Shown piece after piece: positions 45,304 to 54,830 of a stretch of 64,000 nucleotides of DNA. The translations under genes and the position numbers were made by a program. Under the pieces are notes generated by a model. The model was not told the origin of the DNA, did not search any database, and saw nothing but the letters and a program-made list of their open reading frames with translations. Within the stretch, counting starts at the first letter, position 1, and each line of letters begins with the position of its first letter. The stretch spans positions 1,120,001 through 1,184,000 of the forward strand of contig CP147779.1 of assembly GCA_037308085.1 (NCBI GenBank). Direction: 5' to 3'. The DNA is from Promethearchaeati archaeon SRVP18_Atabeyarchaeia-1 (GTDB taxonomy: Archaea; Asgardarchaeota; Atabeyarchaeia; Atabeyarchaeales; Atabeyarchaeaceae).

Positions 45304-46797
45304 ATGAGCAAGAACTTCAAGTTATCTGGTGTAATTCCGGCACTTGTTACCCCTTTCGCGAAGGATGATGAAGAGGTAGACGAAGGAGCGCTGAAGTCGC
45401 TGATAGATTTCGTTATTAGCAAAGGGGTGACGGGTGTAGTTCCATGTGGAACTACGGGCGAATTTACTTCTATGTCCGACTCTGAGAAGCAGAGAGTTCT
45501 CAAGTTGACTGTCGACCATGTGAACGGCCGGGTTCCGGTAATCGCAGGCACAGGGTGTGCTGCGACTAAACAGACCATCGAGATGTCGAAATACGCGAAG
45601 AACGTTGGGGCTGATGCTGCCTTGGTCGTTACGCCCTTTTACCTAAAGCCGTCTGACCGAGGTATCTACGAGCACTACAGAAGAATCGCTGAAGCTCTCG
45701 ACGGATTCCCACTTATAATGTACAATATCCCGCAGGTCACGGGAGTCACGCTCGGATGGCCGCTGGTTGAGGATCTCGCCGAGATCGACAACATTGTAGG
45801 ACTAAAGGATAGCAGTGGTCAACTCCCCTACATGATGGCTGTGCTTGAGAAAGTGAGAGACAAGATCTTTGTGATGTGCGGACACGACGAGGTTGTCCTC
45901 CCGGCGCTTGCAGGTGGTGCCAACGGAGTCATCCTAGCATCAGCAAACGTCATCCCTGACATGTGGCTCAAGCTGTACAAGGCAGCCAAGGAGGGGAAGG
46001 TTGAGGAAGCCCGGAAAGTTCAGATGCAGATCCAGAAATTCGCCAGGATAATCGTTGGAAGCGGGGCCGTCGGAGTCAAGGAAGCGCTAAAAGCCATAGG
46101 CATCAACGCAGGGGCACCCCGTTGGCCACTATCCGTTGGAGGAGAACTATCATTCGAGAATAGGGAAGAGATTAGAATAGAACTCGAGAAATTCGGTAAG
46201 ATTGTGAAGAAGACCATAGAGTTTGAAGTCGTACCCGGAGTTCCAGTGGAAGATAGATTCGCAGCCGTCGAGATAACGCCGAAAACCATCAAGGATTTCT
46301 CACTCAAGGTGGGGGAAGCGCTGATAGACTCTGGGAGTGAGGTAGCACACATTGACGTGATGATAGGCAGAAAGGATGGCCCCGTTGGGGAAGGCTTTGC
46401 AAAAGCCAAGGCGAACCCCGCGCCTGGGCATGAAGCGCTACTCGCGGTCTTGGAACCAAACCTGCCAGTCAAGCCACCAACCCTAATCATGCCCACCGTC
46501 ACGATTAGGAACCTCAGACAAAGCCAAATGATATTCGGACCAGCTCAAGCTGGCGTAGCCAAGGGAGTGGTCGACAGCGTGGCCGATGGCATCATACCTA
46601 AGGGAGCTCTCGACGATCTTGTCATCGTGGCGAATGTGTTCGTCCACCCCTCAGCCGTCGACAGACATCGGGTATTCATTAACAACTGGAAGGCAATGAG
46701 GCAGGCCATAAGAAGGGCAATGGAGGGAAGACCAACTGCCGAGGAACTGGAGAGAGATAAGGAAGCAGCTAGGCACCCATTCAAGCACACGCCCTAG
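45304..46797 (+). CDS. Fusion: DapA/NAL-family class I aldolase + formaldehyde-activating enzyme (Fae)
   Basis: GTTGE, YNIP, KDSSG; from about 46300 VGEAL..EVAHIDVMIG.KDGPVG..PGH..LLAV..GPAQAGVAK.V.D. Confidence 0.9.
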   Translation: MSKNFKLSGVIPALVTPFAKDDEEVDEGALKSLIDFVISKGVTGVVPCGTTGEFTSMSDSEKQRVLKLTVDHVNGRVPVIAGTGCAATKQTIEMSKYAKNVGADAALVVTPFYLKPSDRGIYEHYRRIAEALDGFPLIMYNIPQVTGVTLGWPLVEDLAEIDNIVGLKDSSGQLPYMMAVLEKVRDKIFVMCGHDEVVLPALAGGANGVILASANVIPDMWLKLYKAAKEGKVEEARKVQMQIQKFARIIVGSGAVGVKEALKAIGINAGAPRWPLSVGGELSFENREEIRIELEKFGKIVKKTIEFEVVPGVPVEDRFAAVEITPKTIKDFSLKVGEALIDSGSEVAHIDVMIGRKDGPVGEGFAKAKANPAPGHEALLAVLEPNLPVKPPTLIMPTVTIRNLRQSQMIFGPAQAGVAKGVVDSVADGIIPKGALDDLVIVANVFVHPSAVDRHRVFINNWKAMRQAIRRAMEGRPTAEELERDKEAARHPFKHTP

Positions 46798-46866
46798 TCA
46801 TGTTGCCGACTGGCAAAATCCTGACAAGATGGCATGAGTGCGAGACCGGCTAGTTCCTTCTCGCAC

Positions 46867-47175
46867 TTATTTTATCAGGTTCTGGTCTGCTACATCGATG
46901 ACTAGAACATGCCTCTTGGTTGGATCGGTCGAGAACTCATCCGAGTATGTAACCTCATGCGTAATGGTGTTCAGCACAGCATACTTCTTCTTGATCTGTG
47001 GGGCCTCAACATAACAAACGATCGCCTTCCCCATGACTGGGAGAATGGCGAAGTACATGTGCTTTCCAGCCTTCTCGGTATGGCACAGGTACGATGGGGC
47101 CATTGGGGAAAGAACTATCATTACGAGATCCTCAACCCGCTTCAGCCTCATATAGAAGTGCTCTTCCTCAGGCAA
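46867..47175 (-). CDS. Hypothetical protein
   Basis: Beta-rich protein-like ORF with RBS-like sequence upstream. Confidence 0.6.
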   Translation of the reverse strand: MPEEEHFYMRLKRVEDLVMIVLSPMAPSYLCHTEKAGKHMYFAILPVMGKAIVCYVEAPQIKKKYAVLNTITHEVTYSDEFSTDPTKRHVLVIDVADQNLIK

Positions 47176-47333
47176 GATCGATCAGCTCTCCTTCTCCTCT
47201 GTCCGCCATAACAGTTGCGGGCTAACCAGGCATGGTTAACCCGAAGAAGTGAGTAGGGAAGAATGATTCATTAATTTATCGGAAAGGCTCGGAGCAGGGC
47301 AATTGCGCCCCTTCTGCCCGACGCCCTTGGCGC

Positions 47334-48749
47334 TCAGAGGGCAACAACCACTATTATATCATTGACATTGGTGCCTGTGGGGCCAGTCACTATTAGTCCG
47401 TCGCCGAGTGCTTTGAAGAAAGTGTTTGAATCATTCCTTAGAAGGTAGTCATCTATGTCCAAGTTTCTCGATCTTGAATTCACGGACGAGGAGGCGTCGA
47501 TAATCGCTCCTGCTGCCTCAGTGGGGCCGTCGATGCCGTCGGTTCCCATGGCAGCTATAGTTGCCCCGCCAACGTCTTCTATTGATCTCAACGCGGACAG
47601 AACTAGTTCTTGGTTCCTGCCGCCTTTACCGCTCCCGCGTACGGTGACAGTTGTCTCTCCTCCCATGATGACTGCCGCTGGTTTGCGAAGAGGAGAGTCA
47701 TACTTCACAATCTCCTTTGCCATCGCTCCGGCGAATTTGCCTACTTCTCTAGCTTCACCCTCCACCATTGTAGAAAGTACGAAGCTGTTCAGATTCAGCT
47801 CGCGGGCTTTTGCGTGAGCCGCGGCGCAAGCCTGCCTGTTGCTACCTATCAACACATTGTGAACACGGCTGAATGTCGGGGACCCAGGCTTGGGGGTCTC
47901 AGGAGCTTGGCCAGCTGTTCCCTTCAGCAAGTACTGTCTGGCGCTATTCGGAATATCGTTCCAGAGTTTGTGGTACCTCAGCACTCCCACCGCATTCTGG
48001 AAGGTCGTGGTGTCCGGAGCTGTTGGACCGCTAGCTATGACATCAAGGGGATCTCCCACGACATCGCTCAGTATTATTGATGCTACTTCACAGCCTTTCG
48101 AAGCGGCTTTTTCCGCGAGTCTCCCTCCTTTCACCAATGAGAAGTGCTTGCGGACTGTGTTCAACTCTCTGATGGTAACACCATGCTTCTGCAGCATCTC
48201 AATCACAGTCTGGAGTTCTTCCAGTGGAACCTCGGGAGGGGGAAGGCAGAGCAATGCAGATCCTCCTCCGGAGATCAGACATATAATAAGGTCTTCTGGA
48301 TTTGCATTATCCACGATCGAGATGATTCTCCGTGTCGCCTCTAGGCTGTCACTCTTAGGTATTGGGTGACTCGACTCGCGTAGTTCCACAAGTTTCGTGT
48401 TGAACATGTTTCGGGTTCCACGCAGAATGCTTACACAACCGCCGGCGATCTTCTCGCCCAGAAGGTTCTCGGCTTCCTCCGCCATGGCTCCGCTTGCCTT
48501 ACCTCCCCCAACGACATATATTCTTCCCGATTTCTTGATTCCAATGGTATCTTTGCCTATCCTGAGGGTTTTCCCATCTTCGGATAGTCTCAAAACCCTC
48601 CTCAGCGCAATTCTTGGATCGGAAGCTCTGACAGCTTCCTCAAGAAGTGTCAATGCTATTGTTCTTGCCTTCCTATCGGTGAATTCAGTTGTCTTTGACA
48701 ACAGATCCTCAAAGTTCTTTACAATATGATCCATCATATCGGGTGGCAC
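47334..48749 (-). CDS. Glycerate 2-kinase (MOFRL/GckA family)
   Basis: GKAS, SGGGSAL, IASGPT, GGETTV..GKGGRNQE, GTDGIDG, TGTNVND. Confidence 0.94.
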   Translation of the reverse strand: MPPDMMDHIVKNFEDLLSKTTEFTDRKARTIALTLLEEAVRASDPRIALRRVLRLSEDGKTLRIGKDTIGIKKSGRIYVVGGGKASGAMAEEAENLLGEKIAGGCVSILRGTRNMFNTKLVELRESSHPIPKSDSLEATRRIISIVDNANPEDLIICLISGGGSALLCLPPPEVPLEELQTVIEMLQKHGVTIRELNTVRKHFSLVKGGRLAEKAASKGCEVASIILSDVVGDPLDVIASGPTAPDTTTFQNAVGVLRYHKLWNDIPNSARQYLLKGTAGQAPETPKPGSPTFSRVHNVLIGSNRQACAAAHAKARELNLNSFVLSTMVEGEAREVGKFAGAMAKEIVKYDSPLRKPAAVIMGGETTVTVRGSGKGGRNQELVLSALRSIEDVGGATIAAMGTDGIDGPTEAAGAIIDASSSVNSRSRNLDIDDYLLRNDSNTFFKALGDGLIVTGPTGTNVNDIIVVVAL

Positions 48750-48794
48750 CTCAAAAGGGATGCCCGGCGTCAGGCGGGTGAGGGTACGAATTGC

Positions 48795-50099
48795 TCAGCT
48801 TTTCTCCTGCGAAACCATCCCCATCAGTATGGGCATCAGTTCACTGCCTTTTGACAAGATCTTTAGGCTTCCCTTGGCACATTCCCGCTCTCCAAACTTC
48901 TTCAGGCCGTCTCCTCTGATCTTATTTCCAGATATTAGGACTGGCACTGGATCATCGCTGTGACCCTTCAATGAACAGGGCGTCGAATGATCTGCTGTCA
49001 CGCAGATAACGGAATTTGGAACATCAATTATCTTGAGGAGCTTGCTGAAGAAGAGCATATCGATCTTCTCAATGATCTCCTTTTTCAAGTTCACATCTCC
49101 GTCATGCCCTGGCTCATCAGGACCCTTTATGTGTATGTAAAAGCAGTTATGTGCCTTCATGGCCTCCTTGAGTCGAGCTATCCTCAGCTCCATGTCTCCT
49201 TGAACATCCTTCGATGGCGGAGGCAATTCGAATACGTCCATTCCTGCCAATCTGCCAATGCCAATCTCCACTGGCATATCAGCTAGACAAGCAAACTTCA
49301 CGTTGTACCTCTCGTTGAGGCTGAAGAGTTGAGGGACATGATCTCCTGCATCTCTCGTCAGTACAACATTCGCCTTCTTCTTTCCATCCCTAGCTCGCCG
49401 CTCATTTACTGGATGATCCCTGAGTACAGCGATGGTCTTCTCAACGAACTCGTTAACCAGGTCAGCGGAGATCTTGGAGCTCCTCTTCCTATCAAGTGGC
49501 TCACATTTCATTAGCTTGTTCTCAGTCACCGCCTTAGCCACGCCGAGCCCATTCACGCGCGCATATGCGGAATCGGTATTAGATACGTTACCTGAAAGTG
49601 GACCTTCTCCACTTCTTATAACCAAGACGCACCGGTGACCGACCGTATTCTTGAATTCAAACACCGCAGGATGCGACTCAAGTTTGACAGTCTCGTTGAT
49701 TGACTTGCTGAGCTCTGTCGCCTCATCATTGCTTAGGTTTCTGCCGGCGCGCCGATCAATAATAGCATTTCCCTCGCCAAGGGTAGCGAAGTTGCATCGT
49801 GAGGCCAAATCGCCGTCATTGACCGCAAGTCCTGCGCCAAATGACTCAATGGGTCCCCTTCCCGTATGATACTTAAATGGATCATATCCGAGTATTGAGA
49901 TGACTGCCACGTCGCTTTCAGGTGCAACGCCCTTCCTCACTGTGTACATCAAACCGGTTCTGCCATTATTCGCCAGCTTATCCAAGTTGGGGGTGGACGC
50001 AGCTTCAAGCGGGGTTTTCCCGCCAAGTTCATCTACAGGTCGATCTCCCATTCCATCTATGCAAACATAAAACAGATTCATCACAAACAACATCTCCAA
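48795..50099 (-). CDS. apgM: 2,3-BPG-independent phosphoglycerate mutase (archaeal type)
   Basis: DGMGD..TPLEAA.TPN.D, PESD, HIKGPDEPGHDG, TADHSTP. Confidence 0.93.
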   Translation of the reverse strand: MEMLFVMNLFYVCIDGMGDRPVDELGGKTPLEAASTPNLDKLANNGRTGLMYTVRKGVAPESDVAVISILGYDPFKYHTGRGPIESFGAGLAVNDGDLASRCNFATLGEGNAIIDRRAGRNLSNDEATELSKSINETVKLESHPAVFEFKNTVGHRCVLVIRSGEGPLSGNVSNTDSAYARVNGLGVAKAVTENKLMKCEPLDRKRSSKISADLVNEFVEKTIAVLRDHPVNERRARDGKKKANVVLTRDAGDHVPQLFSLNERYNVKFACLADMPVEIGIGRLAGMDVFELPPPSKDVQGDMELRIARLKEAMKAHNCFYIHIKGPDEPGHDGDVNLKKEIIEKIDMLFFSKLLKIIDVPNSVICVTADHSTPCSLKGHSDDPVPVLISGNKIRGDGLKKFGERECAKGSLKILSKGSELMPILMGMVSQEKS

Positions 50100-50206
50100 T
50101 GTATCTATTGCGTCGACAGTGAATTCTGATAAAGGGTCTAAGAGAATCCGCGTTCCACCCGCTAACCCAGCTGGTTCTGGGAGCGGCAGGAGGACAGAGT
50201 TTCAGA

Positions 50207-51526
50207 TTACTGTAATTTCTCTTTTAGAGTCACTATGAATTTGCAGTGATCGTGGCCAGTTCCATAGCATTCAATTTCTTGGACGTTCGCCTCAACCTTC
50301 AGCTTAGCTTCCATTATGCCTTCGATCAAGCCTTCATCTAGCGTGCAGAGTGTATCTCCCACGTTTGGCGAGTCCTTGCACTCAAGACACTCATCCACAA
50401 TAATGGTCAACGTGTTATCTTCTTGCTGGAGCCTCATAATACCTAGACCGTGAGTACTCCAATATTCGGCTAGTTCCTTCATCAGTGCCCCCTGATTCTT
50501 CGCCTTTAATGAATGAGCCACATCTGTGCCGACTTGTTTGCCAATCTGCCTGAACTGATCCCTCAGATTAATCCCGAGAAAATCCAACGCGTGAAATATC
50601 GACTTCAACTCTGTTCCGAAGCTCAGTTGATCTTCGCCCACATGGTTGACCAGCTTGGCGAGCTTCTCATATAGCTGGTTCTCGGTGAGGTTGATGTTAA
50701 TGCGACCAGAAGGCTTCCCTGTTTCTATCTCCTCAATTCTGCTTTTTCCCTCGGTAGCCCCAGTCCACATTAGCCCGAAAAACTCCTTCTGGGACATCAC
50801 GAAGTCTTTGCTGTCTGTCCACAAGGCCGTGTCTCTTTCCGCAGGAAGCCCAATTGAGCTACCCAGCGCAAGCTGAGCAATGGCTTCCTTGTCATCTACA
50901 ACAATGAAGCTCGATGGATTCTCGCTCTTCAAATGCCTTACGTCAGCAAATTCCATGAACCGTTTAACGGACCTGATATTGGCCTGATCGATCTCGCAGA
51001 TTACCCTGACCTTGGTCTTATTCTTCTCCACGAGTTCTTCAAGCGAATCGTCGACTCCGTTCAGCACCGCGAGGACGACTCCACGCCTAGTGGTCACCAT
51101 GCCTACTTCTTTTCTCGGCTCCTGGAAGACTTCCGCGAGAACGTTGTAAATGCGCTGTGCGCCATGAATTAGCCTGAGAGTAGGTTGAACCTCAACCTTT
51201 CCAGGCGGAATGGATCTCCACAACTTGAGAACAGCATCTTTGCTTCGTTCAATCTTGGAGATCTTGTTTCTCTGCTCCTGCATCAAGACATCGAATCCTT
51301 TTTCAAGGGGAACCGCAACGAACCTCATTGGCTTCTCAAGAGTCCTCTTCACCAAGCTCCTCTGCTCAAGTTTCTCGAGCGTTCGATAGGCATCCATCCT
51401 ATCGAATTTTAGGGAATCGGCGACAGCACTAGCTTTGCTCGGTCCCAACCTGTTCAACTCAAGATATATCTGGGCTTCCTTCTCAGTCAACCCGGACTCG
51501 ACAAGCTCATTGGTTATCGATTCCAT
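50207..51526 (-). CDS. TrmB-family regulator with C-terminal V4R domain
   Basis: GLTEKEAQIY HTH, PLD-like effector domain (IVVDDKE), C-term G.G..ECLEC..C..GLIEG..E.EC...G...CKF. Confidence 0.85.
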   Translation of the reverse strand: MESITNELVESGLTEKEAQIYLELNRLGPSKASAVADSLKFDRMDAYRTLEKLEQRSLVKRTLEKPMRFVAVPLEKGFDVLMQEQRNKISKIERSKDAVLKLWRSIPPGKVEVQPTLRLIHGAQRIYNVLAEVFQEPRKEVGMVTTRRGVVLAVLNGVDDSLEELVEKNKTKVRVICEIDQANIRSVKRFMEFADVRHLKSENPSSFIVVDDKEAIAQLALGSSIGLPAERDTALWTDSKDFVMSQKEFFGLMWTGATEGKSRIEEIETGKPSGRININLTENQLYEKLAKLVNHVGEDQLSFGTELKSIFHALDFLGINLRDQFRQIGKQVGTDVAHSLKAKNQGALMKELAEYWSTHGLGIMRLQQEDNTLTIIVDECLECKDSPNVGDTLCTLDEGLIEGIMEAKLKVEANVQEIECYGTGHDHCKFIVTLKEKLQ

Positions 51527-51604
51527 CGGGATCTTTCCTCCATTAGCCCCCAAAGAAGCAGCACATGGACCTATCTGTAATTAGCTTCATCTACTAAGGT
51601 TCTG

Positions 51605-52831
51605 TTATCTCTGCGGTTGATAACCGTTTTGGTTAACTTCACCACTTCTGCTCACCGCCTTGTTTAAGGGTCGGATCACGGCTACACGTGCGGAGCGATC
51701 CAGCCTGAACCGCAGGCTTTCATCTTGGATTTTCAACAGGTTTAAGCAGGCGTTTACATGTCGGTCTATTCCACAGCATTCTAGGGTTTTCGCTTTCGGG
51801 TCTCGCGTCGCGCACCCACATACCGCGCAGGCCCTAGAAGTGTTCCAAGGGCTCACTTTGACGGATTTGACTCCCTCCCAGAGAGCCTTGTACTCGATGA
51901 AGCCTTGCGGCTTGCGGAAGCTCCACGAGTTCAGCCTCCGCTTCAGCCTCTTAGAACGTGTGCTCACCTTCTGAATTCTCCCGTTGAAACTGTTGACGCC
52001 TAGGGCTTTCCTGTTGATTGCTCTACGAATATGCGTGAGATCCTAGAGGATAATGCCTTGCTCCCTGGTTTTCGCTTGCCTGACTATCGCTGAACTCACC
52101 TAGTGCAGGACTGTGTTGACCTTGTTGTCTTGGCTGGTGAACCATTTTCTCTGAATCTTCTTCGTTACCCGTCTATCCTTCGCGTGCTTAGCTTGTGTCC
52201 TCCGCACTCGCTCAAAGTATCCGTGCCTAGCCTCTGAAACCCTTGACAAGTCGTGGCTTTCGAAGGTTAGTTCTCCATCTTCTCTAACGCTGGCTCCATC
52301 TATCGCGCGTTCATTCGTGTCGTACGCCACGTAGCTAGTGGGTTCGGCAACTTCAACGGTCTTCGAGAAAACCACTGAAACCGTGCAGGCAGTTAAGCTC
52401 ACTGAGCCTAGCTTGAGCGCGGCATCCGACAGGAAGTGTGTCGCCCTCTTGTGCAGGGGGACGCAGAAGTACTCTCTTGGCTTAATTGGGATTCTCAGTT
52501 TGCCGTCGACAACCTTGTAGGCTTGGTTTCCGAGTTTAGCCGTGAGCTTCGTGGCCCTTGGCGTTCGAACATTCCGGCGCCTTCTTTTCGCTTTCCGGTA
52601 GTTCTTCAAGATGGCGGTGGCAGCCTCGATGGCTGAGAGGCTGTACCAGGTATGGAGACCGAAACCGCTCAGCTGGTGGTACGTCTCGCTCTGCAGCCTG
52701 AACCTGGAAGTTGCATTCCTCTCCAGGCCGACGCGGATGCAGTGATTAACCATGGTTCTGAAGGTTTCAAGGAGGCTGAGAACACCGCTCGCAGACTGGT
52801 ATGGTATCACCACCGCTTTAACTGCATGCAC
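51605..52831 (-). pseudogene. tnpB: tnpB pseudogene with two in-frame TAG codons
   Basis: VAYDTN (RuvC-I); TAG at 52102-52100 and 52045-52043; frame continues to NSWSF..IEYKA..TSRACAVCG..DRHVNA. Confidence 0.88.
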
Positions 52832-53011
52832 AAAGAATTACAAACTAAAACGCTTATTTAAACTCACCAACCGAAGAGGTAGCAGAGCCTCTGCTAATAA
52901 ATAATATGATAGCAATTGTCTTTTGTAAACTGAATTCGGGCTGGCGGCGGTGGGCTGGCCCAGAAGGCAACCGTACAGTGTGCAAATCCAAGAGAATCGT
53001 GGGCGAAGATA

Positions 53012-53497
53012 TTGGGGCAGGAAATCTCTATCGGATCAGCTAAGATGAAGCAGGAAAGGGTCGAAATCCGCAATCTTGCTGCAATAGCAGGTGCCGAAGA
53101 GGACGAGATCGATGATATGATTGAAGGCGATAGAGTCTTTGTTGCCAGAAAGAAAAGAATAATCGTTGGCTTCATATCGGTGAGATACAGAACCGAAGAG
53201 AAGTGTTTCGAGATTAGTGGTCTAGCAGTGGATGAAAGGGAAAGAAGAAGAGGGCTTGCCACTCTGCTGCTGAAACATGCCGAAGGATTTGCCCGCGACA
53301 AAACGGTCGATAAGCTGACTACAAAAACCAACAATGATAACATACCCGCATTGGCACTCTATCAGAAAGCTGGGTTCAAAATAACAGAAGTCAGGATAGG
53401 AGCACTGATCGCGCATCACAAGGGAAAAGAGATCCAAGGATGGAGCAAGATACCCGTAAGAGACGAAATAGTATTAGAGAAGAACTTGTCTAACTAA
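53012..53497 (+). CDS. GNAT acetyltransferase
   Basis: LAVDERERRRGLA, NDNIPALALYQKAGF. Confidence 0.9.
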   Translation: MGQEISIGSAKMKQERVEIRNLAAIAGAEEDEIDDMIEGDRVFVARKKRIIVGFISVRYRTEEKCFEISGLAVDERERRRGLATLLLKHAEGFARDKTVDKLTTKTNNDNIPALALYQKAGFKITEVRIGALIAHHKGKEIQGWSKIPVRDEIVLEKNLSN

Positions 53498-53550
53498 TGA
53501 ACATGAATCCAGGACGAATGCCGTAACTCAAAGATGGAGAGTATCAAGAA

Positions 53551-54345
53551 ATGCCACAGATCGAGATTAACGGAGCAAAGCTCCATTACGAAGAACGCGG
53601 CAAAGGTGACCCCATAGTCATGGTGCACGGATTGGGCGGATCGATTTTTGACTGGGTAATGCAAATTCCATTTTTCTCGAAGGCGTACCGCGCCATTGCA
53701 GTGGAAATGCGTGACCATGGAAAGTCAGGGAAATGGAAAGGTTCCTACGACATAAAGATGTTCTCTGATGATGTAGCCGGCTTCATCCAGAAGCTAGAAT
53801 TGGGCAAGACGATCCTCTTCGGCGTATCAATGGGAGGAATGATAACCATGCAACTAGAGCTGGATCACCCAGATCTGGTGAAAGCGCTGGTTCTGGCTGA
53901 CACGCAATACGGTCTCACCGAGGAGACGATCAAGGCAGGACTGGAAATGGCATCAATGAGTCAGAAGATGAGTGGCAAAGAATTGGCCATGGCAACAATG
54001 AAGTTCAATTTCAGCCCCGAGTTCATTCGAAGCCACCCAGAGATAGTCGAGGAAGCAATAAAGGTTTCAGATGCCCGAGATCCATCATCTACCTTTCGCG
54101 GCGCACAAGGATTAGCCAGTTTCAACGTAAAGAATAGGCTCAAGGAGATTAGAACCCCAACTCTCATTGCCAATGGCGAGGACGACCCTGTAGTGCCAGT
54201 CAGCATGGCAAAGTACTTGAAGGAAAACATCAGAGGCGCGAAACTGGTTATTCTCAGAAAAGGAAGGCACATGGCAATCATAGAAAAGGCAAGTGAATTC
54301 AATGACGCCGCAATCGATTTCCTAAAAGGAATAGAGAAGCGTTAG
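53551..54345 (+). CDS. Alpha/beta hydrolase (enol-lactonase-like)
   Basis: HGLG, GVSMGG, GEDD, GRH triad. Confidence 0.92.
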   Translation: MPQIEINGAKLHYEERGKGDPIVMVHGLGGSIFDWVMQIPFFSKAYRAIAVEMRDHGKSGKWKGSYDIKMFSDDVAGFIQKLELGKTILFGVSMGGMITMQLELDHPDLVKALVLADTQYGLTEETIKAGLEMASMSQKMSGKELAMATMKFNFSPEFIRSHPEIVEEAIKVSDARDPSSTFRGAQGLASFNVKNRLKEIRTPTLIANGEDDPVVPVSMAKYLKENIRGAKLVILRKGRHMAIIEKASEFNDAAIDFLKGIEKR

Positions 54346-54491
54346 ACGTTAATTCTCTATTCTCTTGGAACTCAAAAGCACTCAATGAACTGACCTTTAC
54401 CCCCAACCCCGACTCTAGGATCCCAGCCAAAGTCTGACTTACGACTCCTGAATATCAATGCCAAACCACACCGAAGATCCCGAGTCTAACT

Positions 54492-54722
54492 GTGAGCTAC
54501 CAGCCCCTCAAAGGGTGTTGGCTTCCTGGTTCATGGACCGGGCTTGCCTTGGCGCGTGGGGCACCGTTGACGTACCTAATAGGCGCTGGGGTAGCGGCTT
54601 CGATCTCCGCAGGCGTAGATTCGGCACGCACCGTACCTATTGCTGAGACAGATGTGTGTTTCCAGATTTAAACCCGCCATTCATCCCACCCCTAAAGGGC
54701 GTGGGATTTCTGGCCCACGTTT
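54492..54722 (-). mobile_element. 231-bp non-autonomous IS200/IS605 mini-element: left end + TATA-like box + omegaRNA-like right end, no ORF
   Basis: Minus strand TTAC|AAACGTGGGCCAGAAATCCCACGCCCTTTAGGGGTGGGATGAATGGC..TTTAAAT..GGTACGGTGCGTGCCGAATCTACGCCTGCGGAGATCG..GGTCCATGAACCAGGAAGCCAACACCCTTTGAGGGGCTGGTAGCTCAC. Confidence 0.82.
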
Positions 54723-54830
54723 GTAAACGCACTCTTCGATGCATACAAGCGTACTTAAAAAAGCGAAAATTGATAGTTGATTCGGCTGGCGTTCGAACTA
54801 GTTTGTTAATGGAGGTCGAGTGAGTCCCCT

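Noticed and set aside
50159-50187. Hairpin CCGCT..CCCAG..CTGGG.AGCGG between TrmB-V4R and apgM
   Set aside because: Single stem with no identifiable RNA family; not enough to call a feature
52043-52102. Amber readthrough (pyrrolysine or recoding) in tnpB
   Set aside because: Many intact genes here end in TAG, and one amber replaces a catalytic Glu; ordinary pseudogenisation is simpler
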